A DNA stretch of 63,918 nt, the filler included, from Octopus bimaculoides (lineage: Eukaryota), in assembly GCF_001194135.2 (NCBI RefSeq). It is 5 parts of 5 records of this genome, joined end to end, with 100 filler letters (N's around TTAATTAATTAA, not from the genome) between each part and the next. Parts side by side here need not be neighbours in the genome. Positions count along the whole stretch, not along the records: positions 19,711 to 43,456 come from NC_068992.1; positions 43,557 to 59,244 come from NC_068991.1; 3 more parts are not named here. One strand, 5' to 3'. Positions 41,051-53,284 of this stretch are shown here, piece after piece. Made by a program: the position numbers and the translations under genes. Below the pieces are notes generated by a model that was given only the letters and a program-made list of their open reading frames with translations, had not been told where the DNA came from and ran no database searches. The first letter of the stretch is position 1, and every line of letters begins with the position of its first letter.

Positions 41051-41890
41051 AAGAAAATTGGCAGGAAATTTTAGCAGATTCCACTATTGTATCGCGGCAC
41101 CATTAACGGCACATATTGACATTCCATACATTTTTGTGGTGGATCTCTGAGGAGACTGCAGCATAATCCATTGATTGATACTGATAGCTTGCATAAAATA
41201 GGTAAATATGGAAAATAAAAAAAGAGCTTATCCATCCACCATTAAAATGTTATAAAAAAAAAAGCAAAATAAATGAGATTAAAAAGATGAAAATGGAAAA
41301 TGTTTATAATTAAACATTATTTATTAAGGAGAAAAAGAGACATAGATAGGTGTTTCAATAACGAACAACTTATGAAGTTTTATAAATATAAAGCAAATCA
41401 GATTACGAAGCAACAGAATTTCGCAGTTTGAAACTCAATGGTATAGAATGAAATTATAACGCTTTAGACAGGCTTTCGTCGGATACTAAACAAACGCTCC
41501 GTGAAAAGTGAGAAAGAGAGAAGGCAACTAAGAAGAACTCACGCAGGTTAGGAACCTCATTAGAAGTTTGCAACATACCATCTTGAGACATTGTATAACA
41601 AACAATAATCTCATTCATATTTTCAAAGAAAATTATTGGTATATTTTTTTATAAACATTGTTAAAGTGCAAATCTTGATTTACTTTACAAGAGTCAAGGA
41701 GTACTATTTGGTTTGTACTTATTAGCATTTGTAAGCATACAGCTATAGGGTTTTAGATAGTTGAAAACTTTCAATGACCAGCGAGGTAAATGATTGTGAC
41801 AGTAGAATACATTTAGTACCGCCAGCGTTCCCTTCATCATATACGCGGTAATCACATTCGGTTAAAATGGCTTATTGATGTGTTTTCTTT

Positions 41891-41978
41891 ATCTTTTTAC
41901 CCTGATGAGATGATTACATTATTCCCTCAGGAATGCTACTAATGTTTTCTTCGAAACATATGTAGGAAGTATAAAGAT
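41891..41978 (+). ncRNA. Type I hammerhead ribozyme with a complete core (PLE/retrozyme-like)
   Basis: CTGATGA at 41902-08. Stem II closes with G41909-C41952 and is capped by ATTCC-ctca-GGAAT. GAAAC-ATAT-GTA lies at 41953-64 (palindromic ACATATGT). Stem I is ATCTTTTTACC / GG(AAG)TATAAAGAT with a 3-nt bulge. Confidence 0.8.
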
Positions 41979-42007
41979 TTGAATAACACCTTCGTTTAAC
42001 TCCATTT

Positions 42008-42042
<35 letters not shown>

Positions 42043-42073
42043 NNNNNNNNNNCACCTTCGTTTAACTCCATTT

Positions 42074-42117
<44 letters not shown>

Positions 42118-42194
42118 TACATACGTACGTGTATAAGTATGTATGTCCGTATGTATAGATCTATGCATATGTATAGATACATATGTAAGTTCCA

Positions 42195-42232
42195 CTTCCT
42201 TCTGATGAAGGACTGACGTTTGAAGCGTTGAG
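42195..42232 (+). ncRNA. Decayed minimal hammerhead
   Basis: CTT-CTGATGA-AGG-actgacg-TTT-GAAGC-GTT-GAG. A15.1 is mutated to G and stem II is weakened to G.T pairs. Confidence 0.45.
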
Positions 42233-43415
42233 ATACATTCTCTTTCTATTGATGCAGTACGCTAAAACCATATAATGTTAGACTTCGTTTCACCTATACG
42301 TTTATATGTATGTACGTATGTATGTATGCGTATATAATTTATATATATATATATATATATNNNNNNNNNNNNNNNNNNNNNNNNNNNNNNNNNNNNNNNN
42401 NNNNNNNNNNNNNNNNNNNNNNNNNNNNNNNNNNNNNNNNNNNNNNNNNNNNNNNNNNNNNNNNNNNNNNNNNNNNNNNNNNNNNNNNNNNNNNNNNNNN
42501 NNNNNNNNNNNNNNNNNNNNNNNNNNNNNNNNNNNNNNNNNNNNNNNNNNNNNNNNNNNNNNNNNNNNNNNNNNNNNNNNNNNNNNNNNNNNNNNNNNNN
42601 NNNNNNNNNNNNNNNNNNNNNNNNNNNNNNNNNNNNNNNNNNNNNNNNNNNNNNNNNNNNNNNNNNNNNNNNNNNNNNNNNNNNNNNNNNNNNNNNNNNN
42701 NNNNNNNNNNNNNNNNNNNNNNNNNNNNNNNNNNNNNNNNNNNNNNNNNNNNNNNNNNNNNNNNNNNNNNNNNNNNNNNNNNNNNNNNNNNNNNNNNNNN
42801 NNNNNNNNNNNNNNNNNNNNNNNNNNNNNNNNNNNNNNNNNNNNNNNNNNNNNNNNNNNNNNNNNNNNNNNNNNNNNNNNNNNNNNNNNNNNNNNNNNNN
42901 NNNNNNNNNNNNNNNNNNNNNNNNNNNNNNNNNNNTATATATATATATGTATATATCTATCTTCCATATACCAGCATCATGAAATGCCGAGAGAAAGGAG
43001 ATAACATAAGAATACTAAAATATACCAGATCTTTTGGTCTCCCATAGCACAATGCGACCACACACTGGGCATGCTGATTCATGAATGGCGGGAGATTACT
43101 GGGAGATTAAGGTAGACTGATCAAATGTTATTATGAAAGTCGTTCAAGATAAAAAAAAAAAGATATCGGTTAATCTTGGTATCATATACACATGCATATA
43201 TATATAAATGTATATACCCATATACATATACTACGTATATGCCTACACACATATACATATACGCATATATATACATACACTTTTTATACGTGTATATGTG
43301 TGTGTATGTATGGATATGTATATATAAATACACACACCCATATATATATATACATATGTATATATAATATATATACATATATTCATATATTATATATATA
43401 CGTGTTTATATATAC

Positions 43416-43456
<41 letters not shown>

Positions 43457-43556
43457 NNNNNNNNNNNNNNNNNNNNNNNNNNNNNNNNNNNNNNNNNNNN
43501 TTAATTAATTAANNNNNNNNNNNNNNNNNNNNNNNNNNNNNNNNNNNNNNNNNNNN

Positions 43557-43762
43557 GAACGTGGTCGATGCCAGTGCCGCCTGACTGGCTCGCGTATCGG
43601 TGGCATGTAAAAATCATCTCCTACACTCTAGGGGTGGTTGGCTTTAGGAAGGGCATGCAGCAGTAGAAATCTTGCCAGATCAGATTGGAGCCTGGTGCAG
43701 CCTACGGATTTGCCAGTCTAACTGTCCAACCCATGCCAACATGGAAAATGGACTTGTTCAGT
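43557..43762 (+). mobile_element. RTE-type 3' UTR / tail fragment
   Basis: Homologous to 52349-52720 (GGTGGCATGTAAAA, TTAGGAAGGGCAT, TCCAACCCATGC). Confidence 0.8.
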
Positions 43763-43764
43763 GG

Positions 43765-46490
43765 TCATGCTGCAAGAACCCTTCAAAGGATTCTTGCAGT
43801 TCCATGCAATGCTGATTTTTGTAGGTGTTCTATCCTTACATTTGTACCAATCTTTTTGAGCCATGTTGGTAGTTGAGTGTTGATACTTCCAAGTGCACCA
43901 ATTACTGTTGGCATTATGCCTACTCTCCTCATTGACCACAACCTTCATATTTCCCACTTCAAATTGCTGTAGTTGTTCAGTTTTTCTTCTTTCTCTTTGA
44001 TCTTGTTATCACCAGGACATGCTATGTCCATTATCATGCAAGTTCTTTCTTTTCTATTCACTACAACAACCTTCAGTTTCTGATGCCTGGTCAGGTGATT
44101 GCAGTGAATCATTATATCCCACAGGATTTTGCATTCTTCATTTTTGGCGACTCATTCTGGGGCTTTCTCATACCACGTCTTTGCTCTTTGTAGGCTGTGA
44201 TTTCCACAGAGCTCTCAATGGATCATTCTTGCCACATTGTCATGTTGTCTTTTGTATTCGTGCCATACCAATTTCGGGCATTCACTAACAATGTGCCATA
44301 CTGTTTCACCTCTCTCACAACACATTCTGCATTTGTCACTCTTGGTAGTGTTGTCAATTCTGCACTTCACATAGTTAGTCCTTAATGTTGTTCTTCTGCT
44401 GCACATATAAGTGCTTCTGTTTCTATCTTCAGATGTCTCTTCCTCATCCATAGCCACTGATCCCCTGTATCTGTCTTGGCATTCATATCTCTTGGAAACT
44501 TACCTTACATTTTTCTCCTTCTATGCTGTTTCTTTTTTTTTTTTTGTATTCTTTTCCTCTTTAGGTTTTTCTTTCTTGACAAAATTATCAGTTTTAATGA
44601 TGCTGGACTTCTTGATATGTTTCAACAATGGTTCCATGGTATTTTTTACACACTACCCTAACCTGTTTTCTTCTGTTTTGATACAATTCTGACAACTGAT
44701 CACTGAAATGATGCTATCACCCATACATTAACTGCTTGGATTTTATTCCATCCAGCCAATTAGTCTTTGGAAGTATTCCATCTTCAGTTGTTCTTTCATT
44801 TCCTTCTCCATGATTTTGTTGAACTCTAGTATGCCAAAGTATTTGTAGCTTTCCTTTTTCAATTTGTTTAATCAGTTCTCTATTAGGTAATTCTATTCCT
44901 ACTAGGGACTGTACTTCACCTTTTTTCAGGTACATTATACCACACTTCTTGAGTTCAAATTCCATTCTAATATCAGCACTAAAACAGTGGACCCTGTTCA
45001 CTAAAGAACTCACTTGTGTCTCATCCTTGCCATACAGCTTCGAATCATTCATGAAGAGGAGCTGGGTGATTGTTTGAAATTTTCCCTTTAGCTAATATCC
45101 CAGGTTCATTTTCCTAAGAACCAAAGTCAGAGGGATCATGGAGAGAACAAAAAGCAACAGAGATAGACCATCGTCTTGGAAAATCCCTCTTCTGAGGCCC
45201 AGGGTACCTAATCTTTTCTCATGGGATGTCAACTCAGTTGTCCACCCCACACTTCTCTTCAAGAAACACTACATTCCTCACAATTCTGAACAAATTTAAG
45301 CACTTGATGATCCGCGAATGTAGGATCATATCATAAGCTTTGCAATAGTCAATCCAAGTCATTCCTAAATTTGTTCTCCTTCATTTACAAACTTGCATTA
45401 CAATTTTATCTATCAATAATTGGTCTTTGGTACCTCTGCATCTCCTCCTACAACCTTTTTTGTTCTGTCAGTAACATATTGTTCTCATCAAGAAATTTGT
45501 ACAGTTCTTCTGTAATTCCTCCTAACAGTAACGTCCACATTAATGGGAGGCAAGAACTTGTTAGCCTGTAATTCTATGTAGCATTTTTTTTTTATGCATC
45601 CTTCAGACACAACACTGTTTTTCCTTTTGTCAATCAACCAGGGATTTCTTCTTCTCCATCGATCAATGCATTAAATTGCTCTGTGATCAATTTATGGCAA
45701 CTACTGAACATTTTTATTCAAGATCTCTGCTTCAAGGTCCTACTACTTTCTAGTTTTTATTCATATTTCTGATACTGTTTTCTGTGAAGTGGATAGCTTC
45801 TTGCTGGGGATAAGAAGCTGCTTGTATCAGGCTGTAGAGCCATTCATCTGCAGTATTATGGTGTTCTTGATTACTCCATGTCTTACCCAAGAACTGTTGA
45901 CTTTCATCAGCATCAAGAACTAATCTTTCACATTCTATATCATCATTAATTTCTTCATAAAATCTTTTTTGGCCAATTCTAAACAATTGGTTTTGTCAGT
46001 ATTGTTTAATCTGTTCAAACCTAGTAAGCTTTGCTTTTTTTTTTGACAAGTATGCACTGCTTCAGTTCTTCAATTACAACATTCAGACCTTTTGTATCTA
46101 CACCATACTTCTTCTTCAATTTTTCAAATTTGCGATCATTCTTCAATTCTCCTTTTCTTTTTCTGACTACAGTGTTTGGAGTGTTTATATCTTCTGAAAT
46201 TCTCCTTTTCTACTAAAGTTGTTTATTTCTTCTTCTATCCATCAATGTTCTGTTCTCAATTCTTTCACAATTCATGGTAATATATTCTTGCAAACAATTG
46301 TCCATCACTTCCACCATACCACTTTTGTTTCTCGTATGTCCAGCATTACCCAATATTCTTTTAATAGGTTCTAGCTCCAATTCTGTTAACCATTCATTCT
46401 TTCATATTGCTCTTGCTTGGTCACATAATCGCTGTTCAGTAATTATTAAACATGCCCATTGCCTTCCATCCTCTGTGCATTCTTCTTCTT
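43765..46490 (-). mobile_element. R4/Dong-clade non-LTR retrotransposon (RT + CCHC knuckle + restriction-like endonuclease), decayed and 5'-truncated
   Basis: EQRLCDQARAI (R4-type N-terminus), RGIFQDDGLSLLLF and LLFMNDSKLYGK (RT), CRMCCERGETVWHIVSECPKL (zinc knuckle), and LKWEI...LGTARIL (RLE C-terminus). Confidence 0.85.
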
Positions 46491-46540
46491 CTTCTTCTTC
46501 TTCTTCCCATCATCATCTTCATTATTATTATTATTATTAT

Positions 46541-46579
<39 letters not shown>

Positions 46580-46596
46580 CAGCAGCAGCAGCAGTA

Positions 46597-46627
<31 letters not shown>

Positions 46628-46630
46628 GAT
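46490..46630. repeat. Compound trinucleotide array (CTT/CAT/TAT/TAG/CAG)
   Basis: Read directly. It abuts the 5' junction of the R4-like element. Confidence 0.9.
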
Positions 46631-46689
46631 CAGAAGTTGTATTGGTATTGTTATAATTATTGTTATTACTACTAAGATGAAAATTGTTA

Positions 46690-46870
46690 TTATTGTTAAG
46701 TCCTTTAAATTTAAAGAAGATATATCACCTAAATTAGCCATTGTATAATACAAGAATTTTATTGTGCGTTTGTTGAATATTTTGTGGTATTTATCATTAG
46801 GTGGAAAATGTTTTTCTAGTAGTTGAAAGAATAGAAAGGGTATTTCAGTGGATATATGACTACTAAATAA
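46690..46870 (-). mobile_element. Penelope-like element linker fragment
   Basis: FFQLLEKHFPPNDKYHKIFNKRTIK matches the PLE LIDKHFPxxHKLHKIFNRNTIK motif. Confidence 0.75.
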
Positions 46871-47436
46871 CATTTCTTATCTTTATTAACTATACTAGCA
46901 GAAAGATCGCCCTCCGAGTGGTTTTCTGCTAGCCCCTTGATATTTTCACATTTGATTCCCAGTTCTAATAATATTATATTTTACATCTAATTATTTCTTT
47001 GTATACTAATGCTCACTTACTTAGTAAATATTGCTTTCATTATTTTATCACAGACATAATCTCTCTCTTTTAAACAAACATCACAGTACTCCATCAGCAG
47101 AGAGAGAAGCAATTTGTCAAGTTTTACCTTCCCCTCAAAGCAACATAGAGATTACAATTCAGTAGCTAATCTGTAAGCTTTGCAGTGTGTGTGAGAGAGA
47201 GAGAACATTGCAAACAATGAATGAAATAAACATGAAATGAAAAAATTGTATAAACAGCTGTATACACTCCTGACTTTGTTGCCTCATAACATCCAGAAAA
47301 ATGGATACTTTTTAACAAAATTTTCTACAAATACTGCTTAGATGTTGTGGCTTCAGAGTATATAAGGATGTATGAGAAAGAATTTTTGTGAGGGGATGGA
47401 GGGAGGAGTTTTGGAAAATTCACATGATCTGACACA

Positions 47437-47635
47437 CAAAAACAGTTAGTTTCACTCCAACATTTAAATTTCATTTGTGTCAAAGTATTTTCATCGCTTT
47501 GAAACTGTAACCCATTCACTGACAAAACTTTAAAAAAGTGATTCAGCACAAAGTTTTATCAGTGAATAGGTTGTGGTTTCAAAGTGACAAAAATGTTTTG
47601 ACACAAATGAAATTTAAATGTTGAAGTGAAACTAG
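47437..47635. repeat. Foldback (about 90-bp arms, 18-nt loop) running into a gap
   Basis: TAGTTTCACTCCAACATTTAAATTTCATTTGTGTCAAA... versus ...TTTGACACAAATGAAATTTAAATGTTGAAGTGAAACTA. Confidence 0.85.
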
Positions 47636-48428
47636 NNNNNNNNNNNNNNNNNNNNNNNNNNNNNNNNNNNNNNNNNNNNNNNNNNNNNNNNNNNNNNNNN
47701 NNNNNNNNNNNNNNNNNNNNNNNNNNNNNNNNNNNNNNNNNNNNNNNNNNNNNNNNNNNNNNNNNNNNNNNNNNNNNNNNNNNNNNNNNNNNNNNNNNNN
47801 NNNNNNNNNNNNNNNNNNNNNNNNNNNNNNNNNNNNNNNNNNNNNNNNNNNNNNNNNNNNNNNNNNNNNNNNNNNNNNNNNNNNNNNNNNNNNNNNNNNN
47901 NNNNNNNNNNNNNNNNNNNNNNNNNNNNNNNNNNNNNNNNNNNNNNNNNNNNNNNNNNNNNNNNNNNNNNNNNNNNNNNNNNNNNNNNNNNNNNNNNNNN
48001 NNNNNNNNNNNNNNNNNNNNNNNNNNNNNNNNNNNNNNNNNNNNNNNNNNNNNNNNNNNNNNNNNNNNNNNNNNNNNNNNNNNNNNNNNNNNNNNNNNNN
48101 NNNNNNNNNNNNNNNNNNNNNNNNNNNNNNNNNNNNNNNNNNNNNNNNNNNNNNNNNNNNNNNNNNNNNNNNNNNNNNNNNNNNNNNNNNNNNNNNNNNN
48201 NNNNNNNNNNNNNNNNNNNNNNNNNNNNNNNNNNNNNNNNNNNNNNNNNNNNNNNNNNNNNNNNNNNNNNNNNNNNNNNNNNNNNNNNNNNNNNNNNNNN
48301 NAATTGGAGTTAAAAAATTCAATAAACTTGAGAAATGGAAATTATAGGAAATTTCTTAGAACATGAATTTATAAAAATATTTCCAGACGGTCAACCCTTT
48401 AATAATTGTGTTCTTTTAGTACTTTTAG

Positions 48429-50039
48429 TAAATATTTGCACATGTCAAAATTCTTTATTTATTTAATTTCTAATGAACATAGATGGGATATACCAATACT
48501 ATATTTGCATACACATACATAAACTAAGAATATGCAAAAGAAACTAATAAATTATAGTAACTAATGAATTTATATACAAATATAAATATTTAGGGGTGAA
48601 AAAAGTATTCGTACAGAACAAAAATAACTGATAATTCTGATTTAATACTTCGTATTATTCAGTTCCACTTCAACCAATCTCTTCTTGTAGTTCTTAATCA
48701 ATAATTCGCATGTTTCTTTAGAAATTTTTTCCCATTCTTCTTGACAAATTTTTGTTCAAATCTGGAATGCACATTGGGGCTCTTGAATGAATTTTAATTT
48801 TCAAATAACGCCACAAATTTTCAATGGGGTTCAAGTCAGGTGACTGGCTTGGCCACTCTAATAATTTTATATTGCGATTGACAATCCATTTTTGGTAGAC
48901 TTCGCCGTGTGCTTAGGGTCATTATCCTGTTGTAAAACCCACCCTTCACAAAGCTGGAGCTTCTCTACAGTGTCCCATAAATTATTGTTCAAAATATTTT
49001 GGTACATCTTTGCATTCGTTCTACCATCTATCACATGTAAATTGCCAGTGCCATTTGCAGAGAAACACTCCTACACAATGACGTTGCCACCTCCAAACTT
49101 TACAGTAGGAATTGTGTTTTTCGGTAGTACCATCTTTCCTCCAAACATGGCTACGTGAAATTCGTCCAAACAATTCAATTTTTGACTCGTCTGTCCAAAG
49201 AACATTTTCCCAGAATGTATCAGATTTATCATTATGTTCATAAACAAATTTTAAACGGGTATCTCTATGCCTATTAGTCAACAGTGGAGTTTTTCTAGGA
49301 GAGCATGACTTCAGTTCATTCCTATGAAGTTCATTGCTGATTGTTCATAGTGTAACATTAGTCCCTNNNNNNNNNNCCTATGAAGTTCATTGCTGATTGT
49401 TCATAGTGTAACATTAGTCCCTGAAGCTAACAAATCTTCTTGCAACTCCTTTCTGGTGATCATTGCATCTTTTTTTGATACTTCACTTCATTTTAAAGAT
49501 CTAAGGGAAATTTTGCGTGGTGCACCGGATCTTATTCTGTTTTCAACAGTTCCCGATTTTTTATATCTTTGAATAAATGAAGATATGGTAGAAAATGGAA
49601 TACAAACGGTCTTTGATATTTTCCTGTAACTTTTACCTGCTTTCCACTGTTCAATAATTAAGTTTTTCACTGAATTTGTGAGTTCTTTACTTTTCGCCAT
49701 TATTACGACACTACTTTATGTTGTCTCAGTGCTGAATGAAGAAGCTAGCATTTTGACACTTAAAAATGACCACGAGAAAGTTCTAGTAAAATAAAATAAT
49801 TTTAACAGTATTTTGTGGCATAGAAACTCATAAATTTATTCTGTACGAATACTTTTTTCACCCCTAAATATTCATAATTGTATATAAATTCATTAGTTAC
49901 TATAATTTATTTGTTTCTTTTGCATATTCTTAGTTTTTTGCATGTGTATGCAAATATAGTATTGGTATATCCCATTTATGTTCATTAGAAATTAAATAAA
50001 TAAAGAATTTTGACATACAAATATTTATTTCCCCCACTG
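48429..50039 (-). mobile_element. Tc1-family DD34E transposon with about 200-bp IR/DR-type TIRs; transposase pseudogene at about 48640-49700
   Basis: The minus strand begins TA-CAGTGGGGGAAATAAATATTTG. MAKSKEL...SGAPRK, WTDESKIELFG, LQQDNDPKH and WPSQSPDLNPIE are present, with in-frame stops and frameshifts. The left TIR lacks its outermost about 10 bp. Confidence 0.95.
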
Positions 50040-50309
50040 TACCTAATTAATAAGCAGCTTTCTCCATTATAGTATAAATACTTATTTGTGGGTTTATTAT
50101 AATAATTATTGGTATTATTAGAATTAAATTTATTGTTAATAAATTTATTACTGCAGTATTTATTTCATTTATGAGTTTCATCATTATTGTTTTGTTTATT
50201 TTTAGATCTATAAAATTTTCAACATTCTATTTTAATGGAATTATTTTTGAATTTATTATGTGATTTATTGTTTGTAGCACCAAATTATTGTTTATCATTT
50301 ATATTATTA

Positions 50310-50640
50310 ATATATGCTATGTTATCTTTATATCCAACTCTCAAAAGAGCTGAACTATAGTAGTTAGTATGAGAGGAAAAAATATCCTTGTTTACTGAAA
50401 TCTAAGAATTCAATCTGAAATGCTATGTATGATTGAATTTATAACTGCACGTGTATGATTTGATTTATTGTGTACATAATGAAGACTTTCATTTATTTTG
50501 TAGTATGGTTTACAGAAACTTGAATTTAAACTAAAGGAGACATCCAAGAAATCAGCTGTCTTATGATTCAAACCCACAATAATTAAAAGCTCAAAATTTT
50601 TAAAGAATTTAATGAGTCTTTTTCTGTTATACATATATAT
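50310..50640 (-). mobile_element. Penelope-like RT/thumb fragment
   Basis: KTADFLDVSFSLN...KPYYKIN...YVHNKSNH matches the PLE NFLDVTLxL...YRKPN...YINxxSNHP pattern. Confidence 0.8.
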
Positions 50641-50644
50641 ATAT

Positions 50645-52110
50645 CATCATCATCATCATCATCATCATTGCCTCTGAGAGGCCCAACATTCTAAGATCAT
50701 GCTTCACTACCTCGTCCCATGTCTTCCACAGATTCCTTCCACAGTTAGAGATTTGCACTTCTTTACACAACTGTCCTCATCCATATGCATCACATGATCA
50801 TACCAGTGAAGGTGTCTCTCTTGCATGCTACATCTGATGCCACTTATGCCCAACTTTTCTCTCAAGACGCTTACACTTTGTCATACATGTACACTGACAT
50901 TGCACACCCAGTGAAGCATGCTAGCTTCATTTCTGTCAAGCCTATGTATGTCCTCGGTGGTCACAGCCTATGTTTCATTGTCATGTATCACAGCTGTTTG
51001 CACACAAGCATCATACAGTCTGCCTTTCACTCTGTGGTAGAGGCCCTCTGTTGCCAACAGAGGTAAGAGCTCTCTGAACTTTGCCCAACCTATTCTTATT
51101 CTTGCAGCTAAGATCTCGGAGTATCCACCTCCACAACTGACTTGGTCAACTAGATAACAGAAGCTATCAACTACCTCCAGCTCCCCACCCTCCTGGCATT
51201 TGATGGAGTCTATTTACTGTACATTTTTCCAGTTAACCTTCCTCTGATATTGCTGTATCTCTTATGTGTCCATAGCTTGCACTGGGTACATCTTATGTAA
51301 TATCTGCCTGCACCTTTCATACAGATCAAGCAGGGCCATCTACCTGAAGGGATTTGTGATTTTTCTGTTTTCTTACTTACTAAGACTTTGCCTCTTTCTA
51401 GGTTAACTCAAAGGATTTTGGTTCTTGCTAGGTTAACTCAAAATTCTAGACCTTACTTCTATACCTGAAATTTCTCTAGTTCTGGTAGTGATTCAGTTAT
51501 AAGAACAAGGTTATCAGCATGGAGGAGTTCCCAGGTGCAGCCCATTGTAAATTCCTCCATTATTGCCTGGACAACTATGATGAATAAGAGGTGGCTGACG
51601 ACTGATCCTTGGTGAACCCCTACCTGTACCCTGAATTCATTGCTATACTTGTTGCTAATCCTCACCTTACTGACTGCATCCATGTACATCCACCAATCAC
51701 TCATCCATAGTTTCCACATTAACCACCAGATAAGGGATCAGGAACCTTGTCAAAGGCTTACTCCATGTAAACAAAAGCCAAGTACAGAGGTTTATCTTTG
51801 GCTAGGTACTTCTCCCAAAGCTGCCTTACCAGAAATATAGCATCAGGGGTGCTTCTCTCTGGCACAAAACCGAACTGAATCTCATCTAGGCTAATCTTGT
51901 CTCTAATTAGTTAGGCTAGACCCTCTCCACGACTTTCATTATTTGATCCAACAATTTGATACCTCTGTAATTAATTCTATCTAAGGCATCACCTTTACCT
52001 TTGTTGCAGTTGACTATAGTGCTGCTACACCAATCACTTGGTATGACTCCTTCATATACAACCTTATTAACTTATACAGGTGACTAGACCATAGCCTACA
52101 CTGTCAGATA
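50645..52110 (-). mobile_element. RTE-clade LINE (RT domain to C-terminus) ending directly in (GAT)n
   Basis: NYRGIKLLDQIMKV, QFGFVPERSTPDAIF and GVHQGSVVSHLLF. The ORF is cut at EAM and joined to (ATG)n. Confidence 0.9.
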
Positions 52111-52348
52111 TAAAGACATCTACCTTCAAATTTATCTTTCAATTCTACAGCATAATTAGTTGATTAAAGTAACTGAGACATGTTTCTACTGCACAGATTA
52201 TGTGCAGCTGCACATGCAACCCACCATAATCTGCTATGCACCTTCAATCAAGATCCTTCTACAAATGTGGTTCGAAGTGGCAAGTTTGTTTCCTTATTCT
52301 ACCCTGTTTAAGATACAAAGGAAAATAATAGGACATATGTTGAAATGT

Positions 52349-52720
52349 GATCATCATCATCATCGTTTAACATCCGCTTTCCATGCTAGCATGGGTTGGA
52401 CGATTTGACTGAGGACTGGTGAGCCAGATGGCTACACCAGGCTCCAATCTGATTTGGCAGAGTTTCTACAGCTGGATGCCCTTCCTAACGCCAACCACTC
52501 CGAGAGTGTAGTGGGTGCTTTTACGTGCCACTGGCACAAAGGCCTGTCAGGCGGTACTGGCAACGACCACGCTCAAAATGGTGTATTTTACGTGCCACCT
52601 GCACAGGAGCCAGTCCAGCGGCACTGGCAATGATCTCGCTCAAATGTCTTTACACGTGCCACCGGCACAAGTGCCAGGAAGGTGACGCTGGGCACAGGTG
52701 CCATCACAATTTCACTTATA
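52349..52720 (-). mobile_element. RTE-type 3' UTR with three tandem stem-loop modules and a (GAT)n tail
   Basis: GTGCC(G/A)GTGGCACGT(A/G)AAA-type units at about 52520, 52585 and 52650. It ends GCGGATGTTAAACGATGATGATG on -. Confidence 0.85.
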
Positions 52721-53284
52721 AAGTTTATTTTAGGCTGACATAAAAATGACATCAATTCCAGGGCATAATTAGGAGTTTTATATATATATTAAACTATGTC
52801 AAAGCATAGGTGAGTGCTCTAATAGACTTTTTCTTTATATTAAAGGAGATTAAATAGAATTAATATTAAACTTAATTACATTGATGGAATTCAATCATAT
52901 ATATATTTTTATGATGTCCATAAGGAGGGTGCACTTCAAATTGAGTTTTGGATTATATGGAAGTTACAGTACTTGTATGTGTTAATAAAAAAGAAAAAGA
53001 GGAAGATATTTTAAGCTAATGATAATAACGATATCTAGTTGAAAGATAAGTCAGTTAATGTCCATATGTATTACCTCTGTCATTCAGCACCTCTCCTATT
53101 ATCCTATTCAATGCCTTAAAATGCTTAAAGGTTTTCCCATGCAGATGTAAGCATCTCAAGGCCTGTTCTAGTCTACTGTTAAGCAATTAGTATTTCAATG
53201 TAAAACTCTTGTACATTTCTTCTATACACAAGTTACATACCTGTCCCCTTGTTTTATAAGTACTGGGTCAGAAAGGATAGGCCA

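Noticed and set aside
47437-47635. This foldback as another hammerhead-bearing element
   Set aside because: Core words are not in the right order or orientation, so it is treated as an ordinary palindromic repeat.
49319-49423. Direct duplications across short N gaps (also 41987-42075, and 9325-9502 before a gap)
   Set aside because: They are probably unmerged contig overlaps rather than real duplications.
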